From a virus (lineage: Duplodnaviria; Caudoviricetes), in the IMG/VR virus record IMGVR_UViG_3300017914_001061, positions 1-39,296 of that record: a stretch of DNA of 39,296 bases; one strand, given 5' to 3'. The notes under the pieces are model-generated. The model made no database searches and was not told the origin of the DNA. It worked only from the letters and a program-made list of their open reading frames with translations. This document shows, in pieces, positions 6,743 to 16,240 of this stretch. Every line of letters begins with the position of its first letter. Position 1 is the first letter of the stretch. Both the position numbers and the translations under genes were made by a program.

Positions 6743-8833
6743 ATGGAGAATACCGAGACCGCAAAAGCTCTTACATACGTAAGGAAAACACCCGATGTAC
6801 AAACTTTACGTTGGGCATACAGTAAAACAATAGCCGACCTAGAATATTATTTTGACTTGTGCAGAACAAGTTATGATGACAGGCGTAATTGGTGGGCAGG
6901 GAAAAGCCGCGACCACCGTAAGCACGGTGCAGATGCTTTTCCTTGGGAAGGAGCATCGGATATTGAGTCCCACGTTATTGATGAACGTATTACTAGACTT
7001 GTATCTATGTTTATGTCAGCAGTTTCAAGAGCAAATGTTAGAGCATTTCCTACGGAAACAAGCGATATACCTAAAGCTACAGTAGTATCTAACTTTTTAA
7101 AATGGACAATTTCTAGTGGTTATATACCTAGGTTCAAAAAAGAAATGGAACTAGGTGCTAATTATTTATTAGAACGTGGTATTCTTATTACTTATATTGG
7201 TTGGCAAAGAGAAGATAGAAAGTTTTTACAAGAGTTAGACTTGAATCAAATAGCAGCTATAGCACCAGAGGTAGCAGAATCTATTGCAGATGAAACTGAC
7301 ACAGAAAATATAGCTAATTTATTGATTGCTGCATTCCCAGGTGTAAACACAGAGCGAGCAAACAAAGCTATTGCTGACCTAAGAAGTACAGGTAAAGCAG
7401 AGTTGCCTACAGTAAGAAGACAAGTAGATGCTCCAGAAGTAAAAACACTTGCGCCCGACGGAGACTTTTTCTTTCCTAGTTATGTAACTGACCCACAAAG
7501 AGCGCCATATTGTTTTTGGCGTACGTACTACACGGCACAAGAACTAGAAAATAAAGTAGTAACTGATGGTTGGGACCAAGACTTTGTAGATGTAATGATT
7601 GAACGCTACCGCGGTGTAAACATTAACTCTATTGAAAACGAACAAGAGGGTCGCAGGTCAAACAATGTAAGCGACAGTATTTATGAATCAGATGATTTAA
7701 TTGAGATTGTTTACGGTTATCAAAGATTGTTCGATGAAGAAGATGGCTCAGAAGGTATTTACTGTACAGTATTTCATAAGGACTACAGCGGAGGAGATGA
7801 AAGCCCTGCGTTTGCTAAGTTTGAATTACTTAATGGGTATGAAGATTATCCTGTAGTAGTAACTAAACTATCAGAAGATTCTAAAAGACTTTATGATACA
7901 ATGACTATACCAGATATTCTTCGCGGTATACAGAATCAAGTAAAAGTAGAACGTGATTCACGCATTGATAGAAACTCTTTGGCTACATTGCCACCAATAT
8001 TACACCCCGTTGGACAAGCACCAACAGATTGGGGTCCAGGTCGTATGATTCCTTACAGAAGAAAGGGAGACTTAGACTTTGCCCCTACGCCACCATCACC
8101 TACTGGCTCTATAGAAATAGAACGAACACTAGAAGAACAAGCCGATGCTTTGGTTGGATTAGATGTAGAAAACCCACTTGCGCCTGTACGTAGACAATTC
8201 TTAATAGACAAGTTCTTGAATCACGCTGCAGAGGTTTTACAAATGACTTGGAAGTGTTTTCAACGCTTTGGACCAGATGAAGTTTTCTTTAAGGTAACAG
8301 GTAGTCCAGACCCAATGAAGTTTTCAAAGGGAGATGCTAACGAAGATTACGATATTGTTGTATCTTATGATGTATTAAATACAGACAGAGAAACACAAGA
8401 AAAGAAACTAAATTCATTAGTGTCATTAGTTCAACTAGACCGCTCTGGAAGAATCAATATGGATTCATTACTAGAAGTTGTAGCAAATTCTATAGACCCT
8501 GTAATGGCAGATAGTATTTTACAAGAAGGTAGTCAAGCAGCACAAAAGATGATGCAAGACATTACCGATGACTTAGCTAAAATATTTGCGGGTATTGAAA
8601 TGCCTGCTAGACCAAATGGTGGTCAAGTTGCAATGCAAGTTATTCAGCAATATACACAGCAACCAGATATTGCACAACGTGTACAAACTGATGAAGCATT
8701 CAAGGCAAGACTAGAAAAATACATTGGTCAATATACTTTTATGGCGCAGCAAGCGCAGAATGCACAAATAGGTAAAGTAGGTACACAGCCTGCATCTATG
8801 GGTGGAATGCAAACACAAGGTATTAATCAATGA
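6743..8833 (+). CDS. Portal protein (podovirus type)
   Basis: 696 aa, between terL and scaffold, Gln-rich C-terminal tail. Confidence 0.8.
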   Translation: MENTETAKALTYVRKTPDVQTLRWAYSKTIADLEYYFDLCRTSYDDRRNWWAGKSRDHRKHGADAFPWEGASDIESHVIDERITRLVSMFMSAVSRANVRAFPTETSDIPKATVVSNFLKWTISSGYIPRFKKEMELGANYLLERGILITYIGWQREDRKFLQELDLNQIAAIAPEVAESIADETDTENIANLLIAAFPGVNTERANKAIADLRSTGKAELPTVRRQVDAPEVKTLAPDGDFFFPSYVTDPQRAPYCFWRTYYTAQELENKVVTDGWDQDFVDVMIERYRGVNINSIENEQEGRRSNNVSDSIYESDDLIEIVYGYQRLFDEEDGSEGIYCTVFHKDYSGGDESPAFAKFELLNGYEDYPVVVTKLSEDSKRLYDTMTIPDILRGIQNQVKVERDSRIDRNSLATLPPILHPVGQAPTDWGPGRMIPYRRKGDLDFAPTPPSPTGSIEIERTLEEQADALVGLDVENPLAPVRRQFLIDKFLNHAAEVLQMTWKCFQRFGPDEVFFKVTGSPDPMKFSKGDANEDYDIVVSYDVLNTDRETQEKKLNSLVSLVQLDRSGRINMDSLLEVVANSIDPVMADSILQEGSQAAQKMMQDITDDLAKIFAGIEMPARPNGGQVAMQVIQQYTQQPDIAQRVQTDEAFKARLEKYIGQYTFMAQQAQNAQIGKVGTQPASMGGMQTQGINQ

Positions 8834-9060
8834 GTTTAGAAGAAGCTTTAAAAGTATTACAGCATAACGAACACTTTGCTGTATTCATATCCGTTGTTCA
8901 CGCACTAAGAGAAGAGTCTATAGCTGAGTTACACAAAGCAGACTATGAATCTATGCAACAGATTTCTGGAAAGATTTTAACATATGACCAACTATTACAA
9001 ATGACCGACTGGGAGAGTATTCGTAAAAAACACGATGGTACTTTTAAGAGGCTTGTATAA
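8830..9060 (+). CDS. Small helical protein between portal and scaffold
   Basis: Overlaps the portal stop; typical position in podoviruses. Confidence 0.65.
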   Translation: MSLEEALKVLQHNEHFAVFISVVHALREESIAELHKADYESMQQISGKILTYDQLLQMTDWESIRKKHDGTFKRLV

Positions 9061-9115
9061 GGTTGTATAATGACTTTTAATCGCAATCGCTTTGGCGCAA
9101 AGAAAGTGGAAAATT

Positions 9116-10165
9116 ATGACAGATGAAATCAAAACTGACAACGTAGAGTCAGAACAAAAAACTACGGATAACAGTCTTACACCCGCAGAGTTTATGGCTC
9201 AGCGTGTTGGTTCGCCAGAAGGCGAATCTGAAGTAGCCGAAGAATCTAAAACGGAGGAAGAAGTTGTTAATAAGAGTGCAACAGAAACCGAAGAAGAAGA
9301 GACCCAGGCAGATGTTCTTTCACAGTTAGATATAGATGACTTATCGGAAGATGAATTAAAAGCATTGTCCACTAAGCTCAACAGTCGTGCAGTAGCTCGC
9401 TATGGCGAACTTACTAAAAAAAGAAAAGCGGCTGAAGAACGTATGGAACAAATGGAACGCCAACTACAGGATTTACAAAATTCTAAAAAAGAAGAGGTTC
9501 CAGTTGTAAAAGACAATCCTTTGAAAGACATTGTAGACCCTCAACAGTTACAAGAAAAAGCAGTTCACGCACAAGAAGTTGTAGACTGGGCTGAAGATTT
9601 ATTGTACGAAAAAGGAGACTACGGACCCGATGATGTTATTGCTACAGTAGATGGACGTGAACTTACTAAAGCTGAAGTACGCAAAACAATGCGGCATTCT
9701 CAAAATGTTCTTCGAAAGTTTGTTCCTGCACAAATGCAGGAGATACAGAAGAAAAGCGCAGCTATACAAGCTAGAGATGCCTTTGCGAAAAAAGCAGAAA
9801 GTGAATTACCCTGGTTAAAAAACAAAAATAGCGAAGCGTACAAGAAGTACGATGCTATGATTAACGATAGAAGGTTAGTTGACCTTCAAGAAATTAATCC
9901 AGAAGTAGCAGCACAAATGCCATACATCGTTGCTCACGCAGCAAATAGTATGTATGGACGAAAAGTGCTACCTCCTACGAGGACTGCTCCACGTGCAATC
10001 AAATCTACTCCACCAAAAGGTGCGAATACTGTAGCAGCTAAATCTGAAAAAACTGTACCAAGAACAGCTAAGAAGCTTCAAGACCAGTCAAAAGCCTTTC
10101 AGTCAACTGGAAGCACAAATGATTTCATAGCTCTTAGAACCTTACAAATGCAAAATAGAAAGTAA
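9116..10165 (+). CDS. Capsid scaffolding protein
   Basis: Acidic N-terminus, coiled coil (RYGELTKKRKAAEER), basic Pro-rich C-terminus, immediately upstream of the MCP. Confidence 0.75.
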   Translation: MTDEIKTDNVESEQKTTDNSLTPAEFMAQRVGSPEGESEVAEESKTEEEVVNKSATETEEEETQADVLSQLDIDDLSEDELKALSTKLNSRAVARYGELTKKRKAAEERMEQMERQLQDLQNSKKEEVPVVKDNPLKDIVDPQQLQEKAVHAQEVVDWAEDLLYEKGDYGPDDVIATVDGRELTKAEVRKTMRHSQNVLRKFVPAQMQEIQKKSAAIQARDAFAKKAESELPWLKNKNSEAYKKYDAMINDRRLVDLQEINPEVAAQMPYIVAHAANSMYGRKVLPPTRTAPRAIKSTPPKGANTVAAKSEKTVPRTAKKLQDQSKAFQSTGSTNDFIALRTLQMQNRK

Positions 10166-10177
10166 AACTTAAATATT

Positions 10178-11191
10178 ATGTCGTTTTCAAATACATTCGA
10201 TACTACTAATCCAGGTTCTGCTGTTTCTAACCGTGAGGATTTGACAGATGTCTTAACAATCCTTGCGCCAGAAGAAACACCAGTCCTGTCATCAGCCTCG
10301 AAGACGAAAGCAAACGCAACATTTTCTGAGTGGACAGTAGACAAATTAGCAGACCCAGGTACAACTGGAGTTGCTGAAGGTGCTGACGTGACCACTTTTA
10401 CAGATAAATTTGCTGAACGCGCTCGTCTTGGTAACTATGTGCAAAAATTCCGTAGAGATTATATGGTTTCTGATTTACAAGAAGTCGTTGACTCTGTTGG
10501 ACCTGCTAAAGTTGCCCAAGCAGAATCAAAAGCAATCCGTGAACTTAAACGTGACGTTGAAGCTACAATCCTTAGTTCTAATGACCGCTCTGTTGAGAAC
10601 GGTGCAGGAACAAGCTATGGCTTACGTGGACTAGGTAAATGGTTAGCTGACGGTACAACAATCGCAGGTACTCCTGCAGATGTTCCTTCAACTTATGCAA
10701 CACCACAATTAAACAACTCTGACGATGGAACTAACTATACTGAGACTATTCTTAATACTCAGTTATCAAGTATCTTCCGTCAAACAGGTCAATCAAGCAA
10801 TATGATGCTTGTAGTTGATACTGCACTACGCCGCAAAATCTCTGACTTTGCTCGTTTAAGTGCAAACGTTGGTGCTAATCCATTACGTCAAGTAAATATG
10901 GACCAAGGTCAAACAACTATTAAGTTGTCAGTTGAACTCTATGAGTCTGACCACGGTGTTGTTTCTGTTGTTAATATGAACCCTGCTACTGCACCTGCAA
11001 CTGTTTCAAGTGGTGCAACAACACACTTAGACGGTTTTATTATTAACCCAGATTATGTTGGTATTCACGAGCTTATCCCTATGGGAAGCACACGCCTACC
11101 TAACTTAGGTGGTGGCGAGCGTGGATTTGTTGATTGTGCCTTGACTCTTGGTGTTTATCACCCTGCAGCTCACGGTCAAATTGTAGCTTAA
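10178..11191 (+). CDS. Major capsid protein (DUF5309/SU10-like HK97 fold)
   Basis: NREDLTDVL...APEETP, EWTVDKL, RLGNYVQKFRR, ELKRDVE, YESDHG motifs. Confidence 0.85.
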   Translation: MSFSNTFDTTNPGSAVSNREDLTDVLTILAPEETPVLSSASKTKANATFSEWTVDKLADPGTTGVAEGADVTTFTDKFAERARLGNYVQKFRRDYMVSDLQEVVDSVGPAKVAQAESKAIRELKRDVEATILSSNDRSVENGAGTSYGLRGLGKWLADGTTIAGTPADVPSTYATPQLNNSDDGTNYTETILNTQLSSIFRQTGQSSNMMLVVDTALRRKISDFARLSANVGANPLRQVNMDQGQTTIKLSVELYESDHGVVSVVNMNPATAPATVSSGATTHLDGFIINPDYVGIHELIPMGSTRLPNLGGGERGFVDCALTLGVYHPAAHGQIVA

Positions 11192-11208
11192 ATAGGAGGT
11201 ATATAACT

Positions 11209-11643
11209 ATGTCAAGATTAACTATAAACGAATCCGCAGACGGATATACAGATAAAATTACACTAACCCCTGGTGATTTCACTACTGCAGCAGGCAACAC
11301 AACTACACAAGTTAATGTTGGTGTTAAAGAAGGTGATGTTATCGATGGAGTCGCGCTTAACATTAGTGAAGCGTTTAGTGTAAGTTCTAACTTATCAGTT
11401 GGACACGATGACAATGTAGGTGCTTCTGAAGTTGACGAAGCATTCATTGCCAACGCTAATGTAAATACTGCTCAAATCAAAGTGAACACAGGTTCTGCTC
11501 TTGATGACGGTGGAGATGCAAACAATACTCGTATTGTTGCAGCTGCTGATGGAAACATTCAAATTAAATCAGCTAGTGCATTAGATGGAAGTACATCTGG
11601 TAAACTAACTATCTTACTAAGCATTAAACGAATCAACGCTTAA
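11209..11643 (+). CDS. Putative capsid decoration/cement protein
   Basis: AGGAGG RBS at 11194, ATG at 11209, beta-rich G/A/T/S/V composition, lies between the MCP and a terminator. Confidence 0.6.
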   Translation: MSRLTINESADGYTDKITLTPGDFTTAAGNTTTQVNVGVKEGDVIDGVALNISEAFSVSSNLSVGHDDNVGASEVDEAFIANANVNTAQIKVNTGSALDDGGDANNTRIVAAADGNIQIKSASALDGSTSGKLTILLSIKRINA

Positions 11644-11652
11644 TCTTATTTT

Positions 11653-11686
11653 GGTACGGGGGCGAAAGCCCCCTACCTTTTATTTT
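11653..11686 (+). terminator. Rho-independent terminator after the capsid genes
   Basis: GGTA-C-GGGGGC-GAAA-GCCCCC-TACC-TTTTATTTT. Confidence 0.85.
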
Positions 11687-11998
11687 ATGGTCGATATAAT
11701 TACAGATTTACCTAAAGATTTTACAACAGGCGAGTTAGACCAAGCTTTTGTAAATGAAATTAAAAGCGGTTTTCAGTTAGAAAAAGAAACTGAACACTTA
11801 CGTGTACAACAAGCACGCAAGGAAGCACAAGAAGAAAAAGGCAAGACGCACCCTGTTCTAGGAAAGTGTGTAGCTACGATGCCTGCTAGAGAGTTCTTCC
11901 GTTTAACAGGAAAGTATGGACACGATGAAATACATTCCAAAAAATTTTTAAAATACTATCAAAGAAATTTTGGCGATTTGTCGCCCAATAAAATATAA
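11687..11998 (+). CDS. Hypothetical protein
   Basis: ATG after the terminator; coupled to the next gene. Confidence 0.65.
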   Translation: MVDIITDLPKDFTTGELDQAFVNEIKSGFQLEKETEHLRVQQARKEAQEEKGKTHPVLGKCVATMPAREFFRLTGKYGHDEIHSKKFLKYYQRNFGDLSPNKI

Positions 11999-12996
11999 TG
12001 CAAACTAGAACTTACGGAAGTTTATTTAAATTGATAAAGTCATTAGCGGGTGTTAGTTCATTTACTGATGATGAACAGGCTGACATTTCAAGATTTATTA
12101 ATCGTAGGTTTTTTCAAGCTTTTAACGAAAGCCCTATATGGGTTCGTTATTTAGTTACAGGCGAAAAAAGACCTGTAAGCAGTTTTAAGGAAAATAATCA
12201 ATATTTTTCAATACTAGGAAAAGACCAAAATGAAAATAATTTTTATCTAAATACATCAGATAAAAACTATGGTTATGTTAGAAGTGAAGGAACTGATGAT
12301 AAGTATTGGGCTTCTATTGTTTTAGATACAAATTTTACGACTAATCCTGTTACTGGTGTAATTACATATAACAGTTCTACTACTGAATTTATACAGGACT
12401 ACGATGGAACAAATTATTTAGATGACGCAGTATACGATTCTCCAGAAAAGGTAAAAGCTTGGAGAGGTACTGGATTAAGTGGAACTGCACCAAAAGCAAA
12501 AACTTTTGAATCAATAAATTTAGTTCAGTTTACAAGTCTTTCTTTGCCTATACTAAATAGTACAGTAACATTATCAAGCTTACCGATAATTGGAGAGTTT
12601 ATAAAAATACATAGAACTGAGCCATATTTAAGTCAAGGAGCAGATGAATATGATTTTATTGTAACTCAAGATGGTGCAGAAATTTTAAACTTTGATGATA
12701 ATTCTAGTACAACTGGTTATGCCTATGTAACTTATAAAAAACCATTTACTGCATTTACTACAAGTTCTAATTATGAAACATCTACAGAAGAAGTCCCAGA
12801 AGAGTTTTTTGCATTTATTGCTCACTCTGCATATGCAGACTTTTTACGTATGGACGGACAGCATCAAAAGGCACTTATAGAAGAACAAACTGCTAAAGGT
12901 GCATTAGATTTGCAACTTGAACGTAATGATATAATCAGCAACAATAACAACGCAAACATACGATTTTCAACCTACGTAAGTAGACAATCACGATAA
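11998..12996 (+). CDS. Putative head-tail adaptor (tail tubular protein A-like) with internal insertion
   Basis: Helical N-terminus (ISRFINRRF) and C-terminal VPEEFFAFIAHSAYADFLR helices; position. Confidence 0.55.
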   Translation: MQTRTYGSLFKLIKSLAGVSSFTDDEQADISRFINRRFFQAFNESPIWVRYLVTGEKRPVSSFKENNQYFSILGKDQNENNFYLNTSDKNYGYVRSEGTDDKYWASIVLDTNFTTNPVTGVITYNSSTTEFIQDYDGTNYLDDAVYDSPEKVKAWRGTGLSGTAPKAKTFESINLVQFTSLSLPILNSTVTLSSLPIIGEFIKIHRTEPYLSQGADEYDFIVTQDGAEILNFDDNSSTTGYAYVTYKKPFTAFTTSSNYETSTEEVPEEFFAFIAHSAYADFLRMDGQHQKALIEEQTAKGALDLQLERNDIISNNNNANIRFSTYVSRQSR

Positions 12997-12998
12997 TT

Positions 12999-13313
12999 AT
13001 GCCAAACTCAAGAGTATCAAACTTATATCCATTTGTAAATACCTCTGTAGCTAATATGGAGATGCTATCTGTTGGTACAGGAGCAGTCGCTACATTTCAA
13101 ACTACATACAACGAAAGAACACGTTACATTGTATTAGACGTACAAGACAACGATGTATATGTAACCTATACAGGAGAGACACCTGCTGATGACCTAGGTC
13201 ATATTCTATATGCAGGACGTAGTTACACTTGGAATGTAGAAACAGCTAAACTTGCCAAGTTTCTTTCCGTTGGAGGTACAGCTATTATAGCCGCTACAGA
13301 ATTTACTGACTAA
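12999..13313 (+). CDS. Small beta-rich virion protein
   Basis: Complete ORF in the structural operon. Confidence 0.55.
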   Translation: MPNSRVSNLYPFVNTSVANMEMLSVGTGAVATFQTTYNERTRYIVLDVQDNDVYVTYTGETPADDLGHILYAGRSYTWNVETAKLAKFLSVGGTAIIAATEFTD

Positions 13314-14332
13314 TGGAACGTTCGCCACTAGGTTCTGCCGTTGATGTACTAGACGGAAGCCTTGCTTCTGCCTGGAGTGCATTAGATGGAAAGTCTTCGG
13401 GTAGTCCCTATTTGCCCGAAAGTATACCTGGTAACGTTTTATTATATCCAACTATGAACGTAGCTGCAACAAAACCAGAAGGAACTGGTTTCGCAGGTGA
13501 AACATATTTTAATAATTGGGGAAGACTTAGTCAATTATTTACTTCTACTGTAGATACAAAAACATTTATTGGAAATAATTTTTTGGCAGACTTTCCTGCA
13601 TTTAAAGATTTTGGAGGTCCTAACTTAAATGATGCGCCTAAAGTATTAAGCTTATATGGTGCAGGTAGTGATTTTAATGTTACCTCTGGGACTAATAGTA
13701 ATAATAATAACTCTCGAAGTTATACTGGAAATGGAGCAACAAATAGAATCCCTTTAGTAGGTATGTCTGAAACAACTACTGTTGGAAGTTTCCCAGATAA
13801 TACTTGTTGGTGTAGAAATGAGTGGACACAATCAGTAGATATACCCAATAGTGCAACTAAAGTAAAGTTTGGGGCATATATAAGAGTGCCAGAAAATGAT
13901 GATTTTAGAGCTAAAAATTGTGGTGGTGTGTATATAGCACAATGGACAAATCTAACTTACCCTACACAATTTACTATTAATGCTATTACAGTTAAAAGAG
14001 ATGCAGATAGCTTTACTTTTCTAACTGGTCAACAAGCACAAGGATTAATATCACAACAAAATTGGTCTGGATTAAGAACTGATTTTATTGATAATTCGGA
14101 TAAAAGAAGATGGAATGATACTACGAATATAGAAAGTGTAGACTACGAAAGCACTAGCAACCATAGGCAGTTTAGGAAAGTAGAAAAAGAAGTTACACTA
14201 GCGGCAGGAACAAGTAGAAAAATGACATTCAATATGTTTTTCGGAGAAAACCAAGGTAATATTGATGATGCAGACCCTCCAATAAATAGTGGCGCTATAC
14301 AATTTTATCAACCTTTTGTAATTTTTGAATAA
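13313..14332 (+). CDS. Putative tail/receptor-binding structural protein
   Basis: 339 aa, N/T/G/W-rich beta-type composition, in the tail region. Confidence 0.45.
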   Translation: MERSPLGSAVDVLDGSLASAWSALDGKSSGSPYLPESIPGNVLLYPTMNVAATKPEGTGFAGETYFNNWGRLSQLFTSTVDTKTFIGNNFLADFPAFKDFGGPNLNDAPKVLSLYGAGSDFNVTSGTNSNNNNSRSYTGNGATNRIPLVGMSETTTVGSFPDNTCWCRNEWTQSVDIPNSATKVKFGAYIRVPENDDFRAKNCGGVYIAQWTNLTYPTQFTINAITVKRDADSFTFLTGQQAQGLISQQNWSGLRTDFIDNSDKRRWNDTTNIESVDYESTSNHRQFRKVEKEVTLAAGTSRKMTFNMFFGENQGNIDDADPPINSGAIQFYQPFVIFE

Positions 14333-14334
14333 TA

Positions 14335-14508
14335 ATGGAAGATTTAGTAAACAGATTAACAGTATCATTTCTAGGGGTATTAGCATCTTGGGGCTTGATG
14401 GATATAAGTTTAATTTTAGCGTGTATTGCATCGGTTGGTACAATAATACACACAGCTTTAGGAATAAAGAAACTTATAGATGAGCAGAAAAAAAGAAAAT
14501 CCGATTAG
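14335..14508 (+). CDS. Small 2-TM membrane protein, holin-like (57 aa)
   Basis: MEDLVNRLTVSFLGVLASWGLMDISLILACIASVGTIIHTALGIKKLIDEQKKRKSD; hydrophobic helices and a charged tail. Confidence 0.6.
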   Translation: MEDLVNRLTVSFLGVLASWGLMDISLILACIASVGTIIHTALGIKKLIDEQKKRKSD

Positions 14509-14773
14509 ACGTACGACTGGCAAGGGTGGTAACTATAGACCAACCAAGCAAGGCGCAGGAATGACCAAGAAGGGCGTAGAAGCTTACAAGCGTAAGAACC
14601 CTGGGTCTAAGCTCAAAACAGCCGTTACAGGTAAAGTAAAGCCTGGTAGTAAAGCGGCAAAGCGTAGAAAGTCATATTGTGCTAGAAGTGCAGGACAGAT
14701 GAAGAAGTTTCCTAAAGCCGCTAAAGACCCTAACTCAAGACTAAGACAAGCCAGAAGGAGATGGAAATGCTAA
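14480..14773 (+). CDS. Basic protein, DUF6321-like
   Basis: GAGMTKKG...NPGSKLK...RRKSYCARS...KDPNSRL...RWKC pattern. Confidence 0.75.
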   Translation: MSRKKENPIRRTTGKGGNYRPTKQGAGMTKKGVEAYKRKNPGSKLKTAVTGKVKPGSKAAKRRKSYCARSAGQMKKFPKAAKDPNSRLRQARRRWKC

Positions 14774-14856
14774 TGCACGGAGCTTGTTGTCCAGAATGCG
14801 CGGCTAAAAAAGTACCGCAAAGAAAAACTGTTTCAAATAAAAGAAGGAGAGTATAA
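14773..14856 (+). CDS. 27-aa basic peptide with CCPEC
   Basis: TAATG coupling at both ends. Confidence 0.45.
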   Translation: MHGACCPECAAKKVPQRKTVSNKRRRV

Positions 14857-14969
14857 TGCCATTTAGTGAATACAGTCCAAAGCAAAAAAAACTAGCTCGA
14901 ATTGCAGAACCTCGTGATAAAATTACACGTGCTGATTTTAGAAAAATAAAAAGGAATAAGATAAAATGA
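14856..14969 (+). CDS. 37-aa basic peptide (SPKQKKLA...DKITRADF)
   Basis: TAATG and ATGA coupling; AAGGAG upstream. Confidence 0.6.
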   Translation: MPFSEYSPKQKKLARIAEPRDKITRADFRKIKRNKIK

Positions 14970-15082
14970 AAAGAAAACTTTTATCAGTAGCAAAAAAATT
15001 AGAAAAAGCTTCTCGCGCGCACGCGGGTCAAGCAAAGACATTGAGAGGATTAGCACGTGGCACAAAAAAGAAAAGGAAATAA
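14966..15082 (+). CDS. 38-aa basic peptide (LEKASRAHAGQAKTL)
   Basis: ATGA overlap with the previous ORF; AAGGA upstream. Confidence 0.6.
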   Translation: MKRKLLSVAKKLEKASRAHAGQAKTLRGLARGTKKKRK

Positions 15083-15224
15083 AATCTGCGCAGCAGGTAA
15101 AGCTTGGGCTAGGCGTACGTTTGATACATACCCTAGTGCTTATGCTAATATGGCTGCATCTAAGTATTGTAAAGACCCTAACTATGCTAAAGGAGCAAAG
15201 GGTAAGAAAAGAAAGAAGAAGTAA
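15057..15224 (+). CDS. 55-aa basic protein (GKAWARRTFDTYPSAYANMAASKYC), DUF5872-like motif
   Basis: GTG start with GAGG RBS; PSAYAN motif; TAATG-coupled to the next gene. Confidence 0.65.
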   Translation: MAQKRKGNKICAAGKAWARRTFDTYPSAYANMAASKYCKDPNYAKGAKGKKRKKK

Positions 15225-15460
15225 TGGGTGAACTCAAAAAGTGGAGAGACCAAAACTGGGTTCGCATCGGAACTGATGGAAAAATTAAAGGACCTTGCGG
15301 TACGTCAAAAAACAAGAAAAACCCCGATAGGTGCCTTCCAATGGCTAAAGCCAAGAGTTTATCGCAGTCTCAGCGTGCAGCAACTGCAAAAAAGAAAAAA
15401 CGAAGTAAAAAAACCGTAGTAAAAAATACACCTGCGGCAAAAGTAAGGAGTAAAAAGTGA
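15224..15460 (+). CDS. Basic hypothetical protein (LKKW...W...GPCG...RCLP)
   Basis: ORF track; motif recurrent in aquatic phages. Confidence 0.7.
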   Translation: MGELKKWRDQNWVRIGTDGKIKGPCGTSKNKKNPDRCLPMAKAKSLSQSQRAATAKKKKRSKKTVVKNTPAAKVRSKK

Positions 15461-15846
15461 GTACAGAATTATTAGCAATGTTAGCAGGAAGTGCCTCTGG
15501 GTTTATGTTTAAACTTATAGGTTCTTTGGTAGAAGCACAAAAGAGTGCAGTACAAGGATTAATAGAAAAACAAGGCGCAGCTGATGCAAGTCACGATGCA
15601 GCCGACAAACGTGGAGGAGCTTGGATACGTAGGTTTATTGTTACTGTAGTATTATTTGCAGTAGTGGTAGCACCATTTTTACTTGCTCATAGTCCAGAAG
15701 GTATTACAGTAGGAAGCGAAAGAAGCTTTTTGTTTTTCAATTATATTAAGTGGGAAACACTTGGCGGTTATGTTATACTACCAGAAATTAGACAAACTTT
15801 ACTTGCCATTGTAGGATTCTACTTTGGTTCATCTCAAATCAAATAA
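15457..15846 (+). CDS. Putative holin (3-TM type)
   Basis: Hydrophobic segments; C-terminal LLAIVGFYFGS; AAGGAG RBS with GTG start. Confidence 0.65.
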   Translation: MSTELLAMLAGSASGFMFKLIGSLVEAQKSAVQGLIEKQGAADASHDAADKRGGAWIRRFIVTVVLFAVVVAPFLLAHSPEGITVGSERSFLFFNYIKWETLGGYVILPEIRQTLLAIVGFYFGSSQIK

Positions 15847-15850
15847 AATT

Positions 15851-15943
15851 ATGCCCTACGGAAAAGGAACATACGGTAACAAAGTCGGACGACCATCTAA
15901 AGCTGCTAAAGCTAAAGGTCGTGCAATGAAAAAACGCAAATAA
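15851..15943 (+). CDS. 30-aa basic peptide (MPYGKGTYGNKVGRPSK...)
   Basis: Fills the intergenic gap exactly; AT-hook-like GRP. Confidence 0.6.
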   Translation: MPYGKGTYGNKVGRPSKAAKAKGRAMKKRK

Positions 15944-15944
15944 T

Positions 15945-16235
15945 ATGCCACCACGTAAAACAAGTAAAAAGAAAACTGCCAAGAAAGCTCCAAAAGCTAC
16001 AGGTTCTTCTAGCAAGATTGCTAAGTTAGAACAACGTATTGCTGCATTGGAAGCTAAAATGGGTGGTAATCGTCCACAAGCGCCACGCCCTCAAGCACCG
16101 CGTCCACAACCACAAATGGCTCAGAGACCACAAGGAGCTGCTAGACCACAAATGCCTGCTAGACCACAAGCGCCTAGACCACAAATGGCACAAGGTGGTA
16201 TGCCTCGTCCTCCGATGCCTGGAATGCGCGGTTAA
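15945..16235 (+). CDS. Lys-rich / coiled-coil / RPQ-repeat low-complexity protein
   Basis: KKKTAKKAPKA, IAKLEQRIAALEAK, repeated RPQ(A/M). Confidence 0.7.
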   Translation: MPPRKTSKKKTAKKAPKATGSSSKIAKLEQRIAALEAKMGGNRPQAPRPQAPRPQPQMAQRPQGAARPQMPARPQAPRPQMAQGGMPRPPMPGMRG

Positions 16236-16240
16236 AATGA

